Assembly (NCBI GenBank): GCA_016861245.1 | Contig: BOKZ01000001.1 | Location: 551,006 to 615,005 of the forward strand | DNA from: Patescibacteria group bacterium | Lineage (GTDB): Bacteria > Patescibacteriota > UBA1384 > 2-12-FULL-50-11 | Length of the DNA stretch: 64,000 nt | Direction of reading: 5' to 3' | Translations under genes and position numbers: made by a program | Notes under the pieces: model-generated | The model's database searches: none | Told to the model about the DNA's origin: nothing | The model's input: only the letters and a program-made list of their open reading frames with translations | In this document: positions 13,216 to 21,385 of the stretch, one piece after another | Layout: every line of letters begins with the position of its first letter | Position numbering within the stretch: position 1 is the stretch's first letter

Positions 13216-15111
13216 ATGCTTGATCAACTCACAAAACGAAAAATTGACTCGGCCCGGCAAATTCTTGTCGGCAAAGTGCCTGACCCAAAGGCGCAAGTGG
13301 AGCAGATCACCACCGCGCTGGTTTACAAGTTCATGGATGATATGGACAAGGAATCGCAGGAGCTTGGCGGACAAACGCGATTTTTTGCAAACGGTTTTGA
13401 AAAATACAGCTGGACCAAACTCTTGGACAAACGGCTTTCCGGTGCCGAACGGCTTGACCTGTATGTGCAGGCCATTACGAATATGTCCAAGAATCCGCAC
13501 ATCCCCCAGCTTTTCAAAGATATTTTTAAGGGCGCGGCGTTGCCCTATAACGACGCTCAAACATTAAATTTGTTTCTGAAAGAAATTGAAGGATTTACTT
13601 TTGACCACAGCGAGGATTTGGGCGACGCCTATGAATACCTGCTGAATGTCGTCGGCACATCGGGGGAAGCCGGACAATTTCGCACGCCGCGCCACATCAT
13701 TGATTTTATCGTGGAAGTTGTTGCGCCAAAGAAAAATGAAACTATTTTAGACCCTGCTTGTGGCACGGCCGGATTTTTGATTTCCGCTTACAAACATATT
13801 TTACGCCAGCACGACGGCAAGCACGACCAAACGGGCGAGCCGACGAGCGCGGAAAAACGCCTCTCACCGGAAGAAAAGCAAAAGATGATGAGCAATTTTG
13901 TGGGCTACGATATTGATCCGGGAATGATGAGAATTGCCATCGTGAATATGTATTTGCACCATTTCCCCAATCCGAAAATATACGAATACGACACGCTGAC
14001 GTATGAGGATCGCTGGGACGATACCTTTGACGTCATTCTCGCCAATCCGCCGTTTATGACACCAAAGGGCGGGATTCGTCCCCACAAGCGTTTTTCCGTG
14101 CAAGCCACGCGCAGTGAAGTGTTGTTCGTTGATTATATTTTGGAGCACCTCAACATCAAAGGACGAGCCGGTATTATTGTCCCCGAAGGAGTAATTTTCA
14201 GAAATGATTCGGCATATAAGGAATTGCGGAAGAAATTGGTTGAAGACGGTTTGTATGCCGTTGTTTCCTTGCCGCAAGGTGTTTTTGCCAAACCCGGCGG
14301 CAAAGGAAATGTAAAAACGAGTATTCTCTTTTTTGATAATCAGCTTGCCAAAAAGAGCAATGAAATCCTGTTCGTAAAAGTAGAGAACGACGGCTTTGAT
14401 CTCGGCGCACAACGGCGAAAGATTGATAAAGATGACCTGCCGGAAGCTTTGGCTGTTTTGGATGCGTGGAAGAATGGCAAGAAATACGAGAGCGGCCTCG
14501 CTCTTTGGATAAAAAAAGAAAAAATCTCTGAAAGTGGAAATTACAGATTATCAGGCGAGTTTTATCGGGAAAATGTCAAAAGATTGCACCAGAAATGGCC
14601 GATGGTGGAATTGGGACAAGTTTTGGATTACGAACAGCCGACAAAATATATTGTTGAATCAGTTGACTACGATGACAAATATACTATTCCAGTTTTGACG
14701 GCGGGCAAGACATTTATTTTGGGATATACGAACGAAAAAAACGGGATATTCCCCCAAGAAAAATTGCCGGTGATTATTTTTGACGATTTCACTACTGCCT
14801 CAAAGTTTGTTGATTTCCCGTTCAAAGTAAAATCGTCAGCAATGAAGATTTTACTTGCGGATAAAAGTAAGACAAATATCAAGTTCCTTTTTCACTCAAT
14901 GCAGAGAATTGCTTTTACCGTCAACGAACACAAACGATATTGGATTTCCGAATACTCCAAAATAAAAATCCCGCTTCCTCCTTTGGACGTTCAAAACGAA
15001 ATTGTGGAGCAAATTGAAACAAAGGAAAATTCCATCAAGCACGCCAAAGAAATTATCAAAAATCTAGAGAGAGAGAGAGACGCTATTTTGGTCAGTCGCT
15101 TAGAAAATTAA
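13216..15111 (+). CDS. hsdM: type I R-M N6-adenine methyltransferase fused in frame to a half specificity subunit (HsdM-TRD1-conserved region)
   Basis: 631 aa; res 1-452 HsdM (FRTPRHII, LDPACGTAGFL motif I, LANPPF motif IV, C-terminal ISESGNYRLSGEFY signature); res 460-631 typical HsdS TRD start WPMVELGQVL... and conserved helix LPPLDVQNEIVEQIE...LERER. Confidence 0.85.
   Translation: MLDQLTKRKIDSARQILVGKVPDPKAQVEQITTALVYKFMDDMDKESQELGGQTRFFANGFEKYSWTKLLDKRLSGAERLDLYVQAITNMSKNPHIPQLFKDIFKGAALPYNDAQTLNLFLKEIEGFTFDHSEDLGDAYEYLLNVVGTSGEAGQFRTPRHIIDFIVEVVAPKKNETILDPACGTAGFLISAYKHILRQHDGKHDQTGEPTSAEKRLSPEEKQKMMSNFVGYDIDPGMMRIAIVNMYLHHFPNPKIYEYDTLTYEDRWDDTFDVILANPPFMTPKGGIRPHKRFSVQATRSEVLFVDYILEHLNIKGRAGIIVPEGVIFRNDSAYKELRKKLVEDGLYAVVSLPQGVFAKPGGKGNVKTSILFFDNQLAKKSNEILFVKVENDGFDLGAQRRKIDKDDLPEALAVLDAWKNGKKYESGLALWIKKEKISESGNYRLSGEFYRENVKRLHQKWPMVELGQVLDYEQPTKYIVESVDYDDKYTIPVLTAGKTFILGYTNEKNGIFPQEKLPVIIFDDFTTASKFVDFPFKVKSSAMKILLADKSKTNIKFLFHSMQRIAFTVNEHKRYWISEYSKIKIPLPPLDVQNEIVEQIETKENSIKHAKEIIKNLERERDAILVSRLEN
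15066..15080 (+). repeat. (AG)7 dinucleotide simple-sequence repeat inside the 3' end of hsdM-S, at the TRD1/TRD2 junction
   Basis: agagagagagagaga read directly; encodes LERER in frame 1; downstream hsdS' frame opens immediately after it. Confidence 0.9.
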
Positions 15112-15140
15112 AAGATGTTGAATGGGTAAAACTTGGCGAC

Positions 15141-15671
15141 GTGTGCAAAACAACATCGGGCGGTACGCCTCTAAAGCACAAGCGAGAATATTACGAAAAT
15201 GGCACAATTCCGTGGCTAAAGAGTGGTGAGGTTGATCAAGGTTTGATCTACAAATCAGAAGAAATGATAACAGAAAAAGGACTAAAAAATTCATCAGCAA
15301 AGATTTTCCCCGTAAATACTGTTTTGGTGGCAATGTATGGAGCAACGGCAGGAAAGGTTGGATTACTTAAATTTGAATCAACAACCAATCAGGCGGTCTG
15401 TGGGATTTTGCCGAACGACAAATTTATTCCAGAATTTTTGTATATGTATTTGAGAACAAAGACAGGCGAAATGGTGAAATTAAGCGGTGGTGGCGCACAG
15501 CCAAATATTTCCCAAACAATTATAAAGGCACTTGAAATTCCACTACCATCGATTGAAATCCAAAAACAGCTCGTCGCCGAAGCGGAAAAGGAAGAAGAAA
15601 TCATCGCCTCTAACCGCCGCCTCGTTGACCTTATGCAGCAAAAAATTGACGAGGCCCTATCTGATATTTAG
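15141..15671 (+). CDS. hsdS: type I R-M specificity subunit, second half (TRD2 + distal conserved region)
   Basis: GTG-start ORF in track; frame is actually open from 15069 (..LRKLKDVEWVKLGDVCKTTSGGTP = canonical HsdS TRD start) with no in-frame ATG; C-terminal LPSIEIQKQLVAEAEKEEEII... conserved coiled coil. Confidence 0.7.
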   Translation: MCKTTSGGTPLKHKREYYENGTIPWLKSGEVDQGLIYKSEEMITEKGLKNSSAKIFPVNTVLVAMYGATAGKVGLLKFESTTNQAVCGILPNDKFIPEFLYMYLRTKTGEMVKLSGGGAQPNISQTIIKALEIPLPSIEIQKQLVAEAEKEEEIIASNRRLVDLMQQKIDEALSDI

Positions 15672-15673
15672 CT

Positions 15674-18004
15674 ATGTTTGAGAAAGTATCAAAACTTAAA
15701 AAATTCGGGATATTCCGCGATTTCTCTTGGGGCGCAGACACACCAGACCTCGCGCGCTTTAACTTGATTTACGGCTGGAATAAGAGCGGGAAAACAACTT
15801 TTTCGCGCGCTTTTGTCGCTTGCGAGAAGAAAACAACGGAATTTGTCCAGTATCCCAAGGACGGCGAATTTGAAATAAAAACGAACGGCGGTTCAGCAAT
15901 TAACCATTCAAATTGCCATGGATGCACTCGGCAAATAAAGGTTTTTAATAAAGATTTTATTGAGGACAATGTTTCTTTTGATCCCACGAATCCAAGCCAA
16001 CCAATCGTCTATGTCAGCGAAGAAGACATCGAAAGCAGTAAAAAGTTGAAAGAGTTACAGGGTAAGGTTACGCCTTTGTCAGAAAAATACGAATCGGCCC
16101 AAAAGGATCGTCAAAAAAGTGAAAAAGCAGAAGATGATTTTAGAAAATCAACCGCCCGCACAATAAAAGATATTGTTGGCAATTTGAAAGTTAATGACAA
16201 ATACCGAGATTACGACAAAGGAAGCGTTAAAACAACGATTGAAAACGTCGGGATTGATAAATTTTCCAAACTTTCAGATGAAGAATTTGAAAAGAAAAAG
16301 AAATTTATAGGCGGCGATCCCCTTAACAAGCAAACCTCACCCCAACAATATGGGTTCTCTTTTTCTTATGACGGGAAAAGTTTGAAAAGTTTTTCCGAAG
16401 TATCTAGCGAGATTTCAAATATCCTCAAACGAAAAATTGTTGCCGAGACCATTGACCGCTTCAAGGACGATCCGGAACTAAATAAGTGGGCGCAACATGG
16501 TTTTGAATTGCACAAAACAAAAGATGAAAAGAAAAAATGCCTGTTTTGCCAAAATGAGTTTTCGGCCGGTTTCCTTAATTCGTTGTCAAAGCATTTCAGT
16601 AATGATTATGAGAAGCTACAAGGCGAGATAAGCTCTTTTATATCGGGCCTAGAAAATTTGAAGCGGGAAAAAATTACGGAAAAGAATCAAGGGCTTTATT
16701 CAGATTTCCAAGACAAATATAAAAATAGTGCAAAGGAGCTGAACAAAATTATCAACGAATTGATTGCGTGGGTGGATGAAGCGGTAAAAAAGCTGAAAGA
16801 AAAGTACGACAATCCGCTCTCGGATGTAAGTGATCCCGAATCGCCAAATGATTTTCCCGCTCAATACGATAAGAAAATTGACGAAATAAACGCGGTAATA
16901 AAAGAACACAATACCAAAGTAGATAATCACGAGCAGGAAGTCGGAAAAGCAAAGGAAGAATTGGAAAAACACCTTATTGCGGTTGCAATAGACGAGCAGG
17001 AATATTCAAAGTTAAAATCAGAGTTTGATAAAAGTATTGAAGCGGAAAAAGAGGCGAAAAAAGCAGTTGATGATAATACTCAAGAGATTTCCAAGCTGGA
17101 AAAAGAAACCTCAAACATAGGAAAGGCGGTTCAGAAAATAAATAAGCACCTCGAGGAATTTTTTGGTAGAAAGGAAATTCTGCTTGAACTGGACGATTCG
17201 AAAAAGGGCTACATTATCAAGCGCGACGGAGATGTGGCGCACAATCTTAGCGAAGGCGAAAAGAACGCTATCGCCTTTTCATACTTTATCGTCAAGACAC
17301 AGGAAAAAGGATTTAAGATCAAGGAAGGAATAATCGTAATTGACGATCCGATTTCCAGCTTTGATTCAAACTTTATTTACCACTGCTTTTCTCTGATAAA
17401 AAATCATTTCAAAGACGCAAAGCAGTTAATCGTTTCCACGCATAACTTTGAATTTTTCAATCTCGTCAAAGATTGGTTTGAGCAGAAAAATCGTAAAGTT
17501 GAAAGCGATAATAAGAAAATCGCTAATGAAGCAGACAAGAAGCCGGTTCCATGCGAGTTTTTCATGGTTGAAAATATCATCGAAAATGATAAACGATGTG
17601 CTTCGATTGTTCCGCTTGAAGAAACTTTGCGAAAATTCAAATCAGAATATCACTTCTTGTTTTCAAGATTGAATAAGTTTATTACAGAAGGTACGCCGGA
17701 CTACGCCGATTTTTACACTATCGGAAATATTGCGCGACGGTTTTTAGAGATTTACATAAATTTCAAAATACCGACAACAGGTGATTTGAAAAGTAGGGTT
17801 GACCAGCTTGATACAAAAACCGTCAGCGAAACTGAAAAAGATAAGGTGTATAAACTTATTCAAGAATTTTCGCACGGACTAGATCCCGCAAGCACAATCG
17901 AGCACAAAGATAAAAGTGAGATTCAAAATGCGATTAAAGTTTTAATGAAAATGGTTGAGGAATCAGACAAGAAGCATTTTGAATCTTTGCAAAGCAATCT
18001 ATGA
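15674..18004 (+). CDS. RloC-like ABC/Rad50-type ATPase with coiled-coil zinc hook and C-terminal putative anticodon-nuclease domain
   Basis: 776 aa; Walker A GWNKSGKTT, signature LSEGEK, Walker B IIVIDDPISSFD, H-loop VSTHN; about 400-aa K/E-rich coiled-coil insert with CxxC at res 81-84 and 289-292; after H-loop a 190-aa domain with ARRFLE (R-x3-E) and downstream SHG; 2 bp after hsdS'. Confidence 0.5.
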   Translation: MFEKVSKLKKFGIFRDFSWGADTPDLARFNLIYGWNKSGKTTFSRAFVACEKKTTEFVQYPKDGEFEIKTNGGSAINHSNCHGCTRQIKVFNKDFIEDNVSFDPTNPSQPIVYVSEEDIESSKKLKELQGKVTPLSEKYESAQKDRQKSEKAEDDFRKSTARTIKDIVGNLKVNDKYRDYDKGSVKTTIENVGIDKFSKLSDEEFEKKKKFIGGDPLNKQTSPQQYGFSFSYDGKSLKSFSEVSSEISNILKRKIVAETIDRFKDDPELNKWAQHGFELHKTKDEKKKCLFCQNEFSAGFLNSLSKHFSNDYEKLQGEISSFISGLENLKREKITEKNQGLYSDFQDKYKNSAKELNKIINELIAWVDEAVKKLKEKYDNPLSDVSDPESPNDFPAQYDKKIDEINAVIKEHNTKVDNHEQEVGKAKEELEKHLIAVAIDEQEYSKLKSEFDKSIEAEKEAKKAVDDNTQEISKLEKETSNIGKAVQKINKHLEEFFGRKEILLELDDSKKGYIIKRDGDVAHNLSEGEKNAIAFSYFIVKTQEKGFKIKEGIIVIDDPISSFDSNFIYHCFSLIKNHFKDAKQLIVSTHNFEFFNLVKDWFEQKNRKVESDNKKIANEADKKPVPCEFFMVENIIENDKRCASIVPLEETLRKFKSEYHFLFSRLNKFITEGTPDYADFYTIGNIARRFLEIYINFKIPTTGDLKSRVDQLDTKTVSETEKDKVYKLIQEFSHGLDPASTIEHKDKSEIQNAIKVLMKMVEESDKKHFESLQSNL

Positions 18005-18068
18005 CCTCCACCACCCAATTTGAGGTCCCGCCGTCCGAAAAAATCGCTAGTTTTGCTAGACTGAAACA

Positions 18069-18224
18069 ATGAATTGGGGTTGGTTTACCTCGAGCGGAGT
18101 CGAGTGGATGATAGTATTTGCAATTCTGGCTGTCGGGTTAGGAATAATTCTGGCCATGGCGATGAAAAATCCCGCACCAAATCTCTTTTCACCCAACCAA
18201 CCAAAGTACCTACCGTTTAGATAC
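18069..18224 (+). CDS. possible small membrane protein (51 aa)
   Basis: MNWGWFTSSGVEWMIVFAILAVGLGIILAMAM...; one TM helix; no strong RBS. Confidence 0.2.
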
Positions 18225-18324
18225 ATCAACCCTCAACACATCTAAGGCACCATATACGCTATAACTCATATTCTGTTTTTAACTAATTAGCATATGCTTT
18301 TTATTTACTGGTACAATAAGCCAA

Positions 18325-19008
18325 ATGTTCAAACTCTCCCCATCGGATTTTGCGTATATGTACCAGGACTGCAAGCTTTGCTATTGCCTGAAAATTAAGC
18401 ACAAGGTCAAACACCCAAGCATGCCGATGCCGGGGGTATTTTCGACGATGAACTCGATTATGCAAGGGGATATCGTCGGTAAAGATCTGCGCGACATCTC
18501 CCCAGATCTGCCGGTAGGGAAAGTGGTTAAACAAGAGGGTTTTGTAAAATCCAAGATGATCGACGGCACGTCGGTGTATATCGGCGGCAAATACGATCTT
18601 CTAGTGGAATTGCCGGATGGGAGCTATATGATTGTGGATTTGAAGATCTCCAAGCCCAGCGACGAAAAGAGCGATATGTACAAAAGCCAGCTTTGGAGCT
18701 ACAAATACGCCCTGGAAAATCCGGAGAGCGGCGAGCCGGTAAATATCTCAAAATTAGCCTTGCTAATTTTTTATCCGGAGTCTGTGGTATTCGAAAACGG
18801 TGTGGCGAAACTTGCTTTTCCGCCACAATGGATAGAAGTAGAATATAATCACAACGAATTTTTAGAATTTATGAAAGAAGTGGATACGTTGCTGGCCGGC
18901 CCGTTACCTGCCGAAAACGAGAATTGCCAGTGGTGTAAGTATCGTCACACCGGCGAACTGCTTACACATAGCACTTCAGAAAACGTGGCTGAAACAAGCC
19001 CATTTTAA
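18325..19008 (+). CDS. PD-(D/E)xK nuclease of the RecB/Cas4-like family with a 4-Cys (Fe-S-type) cluster
   Basis: 227 aa; N-terminal CKLCYC, motif II GKYDLLVEL, motif III IVDLKISK, QxxxY (KSQLWSYKY), C-terminal CQWCKY. Confidence 0.45.
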   Translation: MFKLSPSDFAYMYQDCKLCYCLKIKHKVKHPSMPMPGVFSTMNSIMQGDIVGKDLRDISPDLPVGKVVKQEGFVKSKMIDGTSVYIGGKYDLLVELPDGSYMIVDLKISKPSDEKSDMYKSQLWSYKYALENPESGEPVNISKLALLIFYPESVVFENGVAKLAFPPQWIEVEYNHNEFLEFMKEVDTLLAGPLPAENENCQWCKYRHTGELLTHSTSENVAETSPF

Positions 19009-19032
19009 AAATTATGTTATAAAAACACGGAA

Positions 19033-19434
19033 ATGAGTAAGCCATCTAGTCCAGTAAGTAGTGTAACAGAGGAAATTCAAAGTCGGCTTCACAGGTTACT
19101 ACACGAAGCAGCGCAACAAAGTTCAGACAGTAGCTTCCAACAGTGCGTGAATAATCACTTAATTAATTACATTCAAAGTCGAAGCGGTTGGAAATCAATT
19201 GGAGAAAACGGTTTTTCCTACAAAAATGGGATCAAAGTTTTTGTTGATTCTTATCGATCTTCAAACGCTTTCGAGAATGTAGTGAATATAGGGAAAGAGA
19301 TACTGCGCGCTGAGCTTGAGGATTTGATTAAAGAATCGGCCAACAAAGGTGATGAAATAAGACGTGCGCTAAAAGAATTCGAGAGTAAAGATTGGGATTT
19401 TGCGTTTATTAGGCGGAAAATAAGCGAAGAATGA
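19033..19434 (+). CDS. hypothetical protein (133 aa)
   Basis: ORF with no recognisable motif, same strand and close spacing to neighbours. Confidence 0.45.
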   Translation: MSKPSSPVSSVTEEIQSRLHRLLHEAAQQSSDSSFQQCVNNHLINYIQSRSGWKSIGENGFSYKNGIKVFVDSYRSSNAFENVVNIGKEILRAELEDLIKESANKGDEIRRALKEFESKDWDFAFIRRKISEE

Positions 19435-19464
19435 GTCGTTCGGGTATGTTCCTGTAAGCAGACG

Positions 19465-20718
19465 ATGAAAATACTTCCAAACCGTAAACAATTATTATCA
19501 ACGGTGGTGAAAACTCTGTTAGCGCTGTCTGCCGTAGTTGCTGTGTTAATTTCTTTTACGTATTCGATAGTTTATACCGTTATCGGTGCGCTAATAGTTG
19601 TTGGATATATTGTGTATCGAAATTTCAACTTTAAACCCATCCAGTTCAATTTTTATAAAGTAAACGGTTGGTTTGCTAGAAACTTATTGTTTGTAATCCC
19701 GATAATCGTAGTGTTACTACTGGCTAACATCTCGTTGTTTGTGTTTGGGTACCTGAAATCGAATAAAGAGGTTGTAGTTTGTACTGAAGCAGACGTAAAA
19801 AACGCCGCTAAATCCGTTGTACTAATTGAGGGAGAAGACGGGACAGGGTCGGGATTTTTTGTTGATAGTAATTACATTGTAACTAATAACCATGTAATTG
19901 ATCACAATACGATTACAAAAATTCAGTCTGATAACGGCGATATAACTGTCGGCTCAAGGGTGGTCGCTACTGATTCGTTGAGAGACATCGCCTTAATTGA
20001 GGTTGTGAACTTTTTGGAAGTACCGAAACTAACACAATCTGAAAAACCAGCTGACGTTCTAAACGAGGTCTACGCGATTGGCTATCCGTTTGGTCGAAAT
20101 TTAACTATTTCAAGAGGTATAGTATCGGCAATAACTAAAGATGATTACGACGATCGCCAGTACATTCAAACAGATGCCGCCATAATCCCAGGCAATTCAG
20201 GCGGACCGCTCGTGAATAAATGCGGGGAGGTGATTGGTATGAATACTCAAACACTACGAGGTCAAGAAAATCTAGGATACGCAATTGAGTACTCGCAGTT
20301 AAGTACAAGAATTGCCAGCATGTTAGATGCTGCAAAATCGGCAACAATTCAGGAAATCGAGCAGAATTACCCATCTGAGCAAGCTGAGGTTGTAGCGAAA
20401 TACTACTCAACACTGAGCGCCGGCCAGCTAGAAACTGCATACGACTACTATTCTTTTGCACGGAAAGCAAAGCTGCCGTTTGAGAACTGGAAAACTGGGC
20501 TGGAACGGACGATATTTATCCGGTTGGTATCTGTTGAGCAGACGCAGAAAAATAACACTATAAGAGTACATTTTTACGCAACCGAGACTTCTAAAGAAGA
20601 TGCCTGGGAATGGAAAACGGGAGAATTTGAGGGAACTTGGACGTTACTGCGTGAAGACGGGTTGTGGAAAATGAACGAATCCAATATTAAGGATATAACG
20701 AAACCAAACGCGACGTAA
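19465..20718 (+). CDS. membrane-anchored trypsin-like (S1/DegP-family) serine protease with C-terminal NTF2/SnoaL-like domain
   Basis: 417 aa; 3 N-terminal TM helices; catalytic triad contexts TNNHVIDH (His), DIALIEV (Asp), GNSGGPL (Ser). Confidence 0.75.
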   Translation: MKILPNRKQLLSTVVKTLLALSAVVAVLISFTYSIVYTVIGALIVVGYIVYRNFNFKPIQFNFYKVNGWFARNLLFVIPIIVVLLLANISLFVFGYLKSNKEVVVCTEADVKNAAKSVVLIEGEDGTGSGFFVDSNYIVTNNHVIDHNTITKIQSDNGDITVGSRVVATDSLRDIALIEVVNFLEVPKLTQSEKPADVLNEVYAIGYPFGRNLTISRGIVSAITKDDYDDRQYIQTDAAIIPGNSGGPLVNKCGEVIGMNTQTLRGQENLGYAIEYSQLSTRIASMLDAAKSATIQEIEQNYPSEQAEVVAKYYSTLSAGQLETAYDYYSFARKAKLPFENWKTGLERTIFIRLVSVEQTQKNNTIRVHFYATETSKEDAWEWKTGEFEGTWTLLREDGLWKMNESNIKDITKPNAT

Positions 20719-20719
20719 T

Positions 20720-21357
20720 TCTTTAATATCTTGCCTGAAGATACTTCAAAGAGTATTATTTCCGTGTCCTGGCTTCGGTCAGGCGAATCCTACATGGAGG
20801 CACAAAAGATGAATGGTTCGAACGTTCTTGAACGCACTCACGCTGAGCCTAGCTCTTCGTTGGTGCGAGACATCTATTCGATTCAACCCGGGTCGACGGA
20901 ACTGCTCAACGAGGGGCAGGCCCGAAAGCGACTCACCGACACCCATACGATGCGAGCCCGAGAGCTCTGCCCTGCCCAGGGCAAGAGAGCGGCCGGTGGA
21001 TTCCTCCAGCGAATCTTCGGCTAACGGGCGACCAACGACGTGGGAGTTGTTCGTCGCTTTGAAGCGACAGTTCGAGAGACCGAAGAAACGTTTCCCGATG
21101 AATTTTCCGTGGGTTTGTGGATGTGGCAAAGCCGGCTTCCCCGGCTGTAAAGACCGCGAGCACTTCTGCGAGCGCGTCTATCTAGCACTACTCGACTACC
21201 ACCAACATCAGGAAACGAAATCCCGGAATCTCTGCTACTTCGTTGACGGCGGCGAACAGCTTCTGCGTGTCGACCAATTCAGTGCCAGGCGTATGCAGCT
21301 TCTCGAGGCAGACCTCGAGAAAGCTGAAACGATCTTGCGCCGAATGCTATCCGACAA
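20720..21357 (+). other. GC-rich, hairpin-dense block without a convincing ORF (candidate structured RNA or degraded foreign DNA); possible 89-aa Cys-rich ORF 21098..21367
   Basis: GC clearly higher than flanks; ORFs open in several frames on both strands with R/S-rich low-complexity translations; many local palindromes (GTTCGAAC, GAACGTTC, GCCCT-GCCC-AGGGC, AGCCGG-CTTCC-CCGGCT). Confidence 0.3.
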
Positions 21358-21385
21358 CCCCGCTTAACCACAGCGGGGCTTTTCT
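21358..21385 (+). terminator. intrinsic terminator
   Basis: CCCCGCT-TAACCAC-AGCGGGG followed by CTTTTCTT. Confidence 0.55.

Noticed and set aside
10833-13560. Short ORFs overlapping hsdR/hsdM on either strand (e.g. 11151..11729+, 12386..12841-, 13198..13560-)
   Set aside because: They are alternative-frame artefacts of AT-rich coding sequence. The hsdR/hsdM frames carry the conserved motifs.
15066-15080. Checked whether the (AG)n tract or any other region is part of a CRISPR array
   Set aside because: It is a single dinucleotide tract. No direct repeat-spacer periodicity occurs anywhere in the window, and there are no cas genes apart from an isolated Cas4-like nuclease.
15115-15129. ATG at 15115 as a start for the second hsdS half
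   Set aside because: It is in frame 1, not the TRD2 frame, and runs into TAA after four codons (MLNG*). The TRD2 frame has no ATG before the GTG at 15141.
15674-18004. Alternative reading of the 776-aa ATPase as Lamassu LmuB, Septu PtuA or PARIS AriA
   Set aside because: Those ATPases lack a 190-aa C-terminal domain after the H-loop and have dedicated HNH, TOPRIM or Cap4 partners. Here the partner-like nuclease is separated by 320 bp, and the ATPase is fused to its own C-terminal domain and tightly coupled to hsdS, which fits RloC better.
20731-21367. Track ORFs 20731..21024(+), 20813..21367(+), 20779..21129(-), 20933..21163(-) as real genes
   Set aside because: They are mutually overlapping in a GC-rich segment and their translations are low-complexity. 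Only the last about 90 codons of the frame-2 ORF look protein-like, which is mentioned as a possibility.
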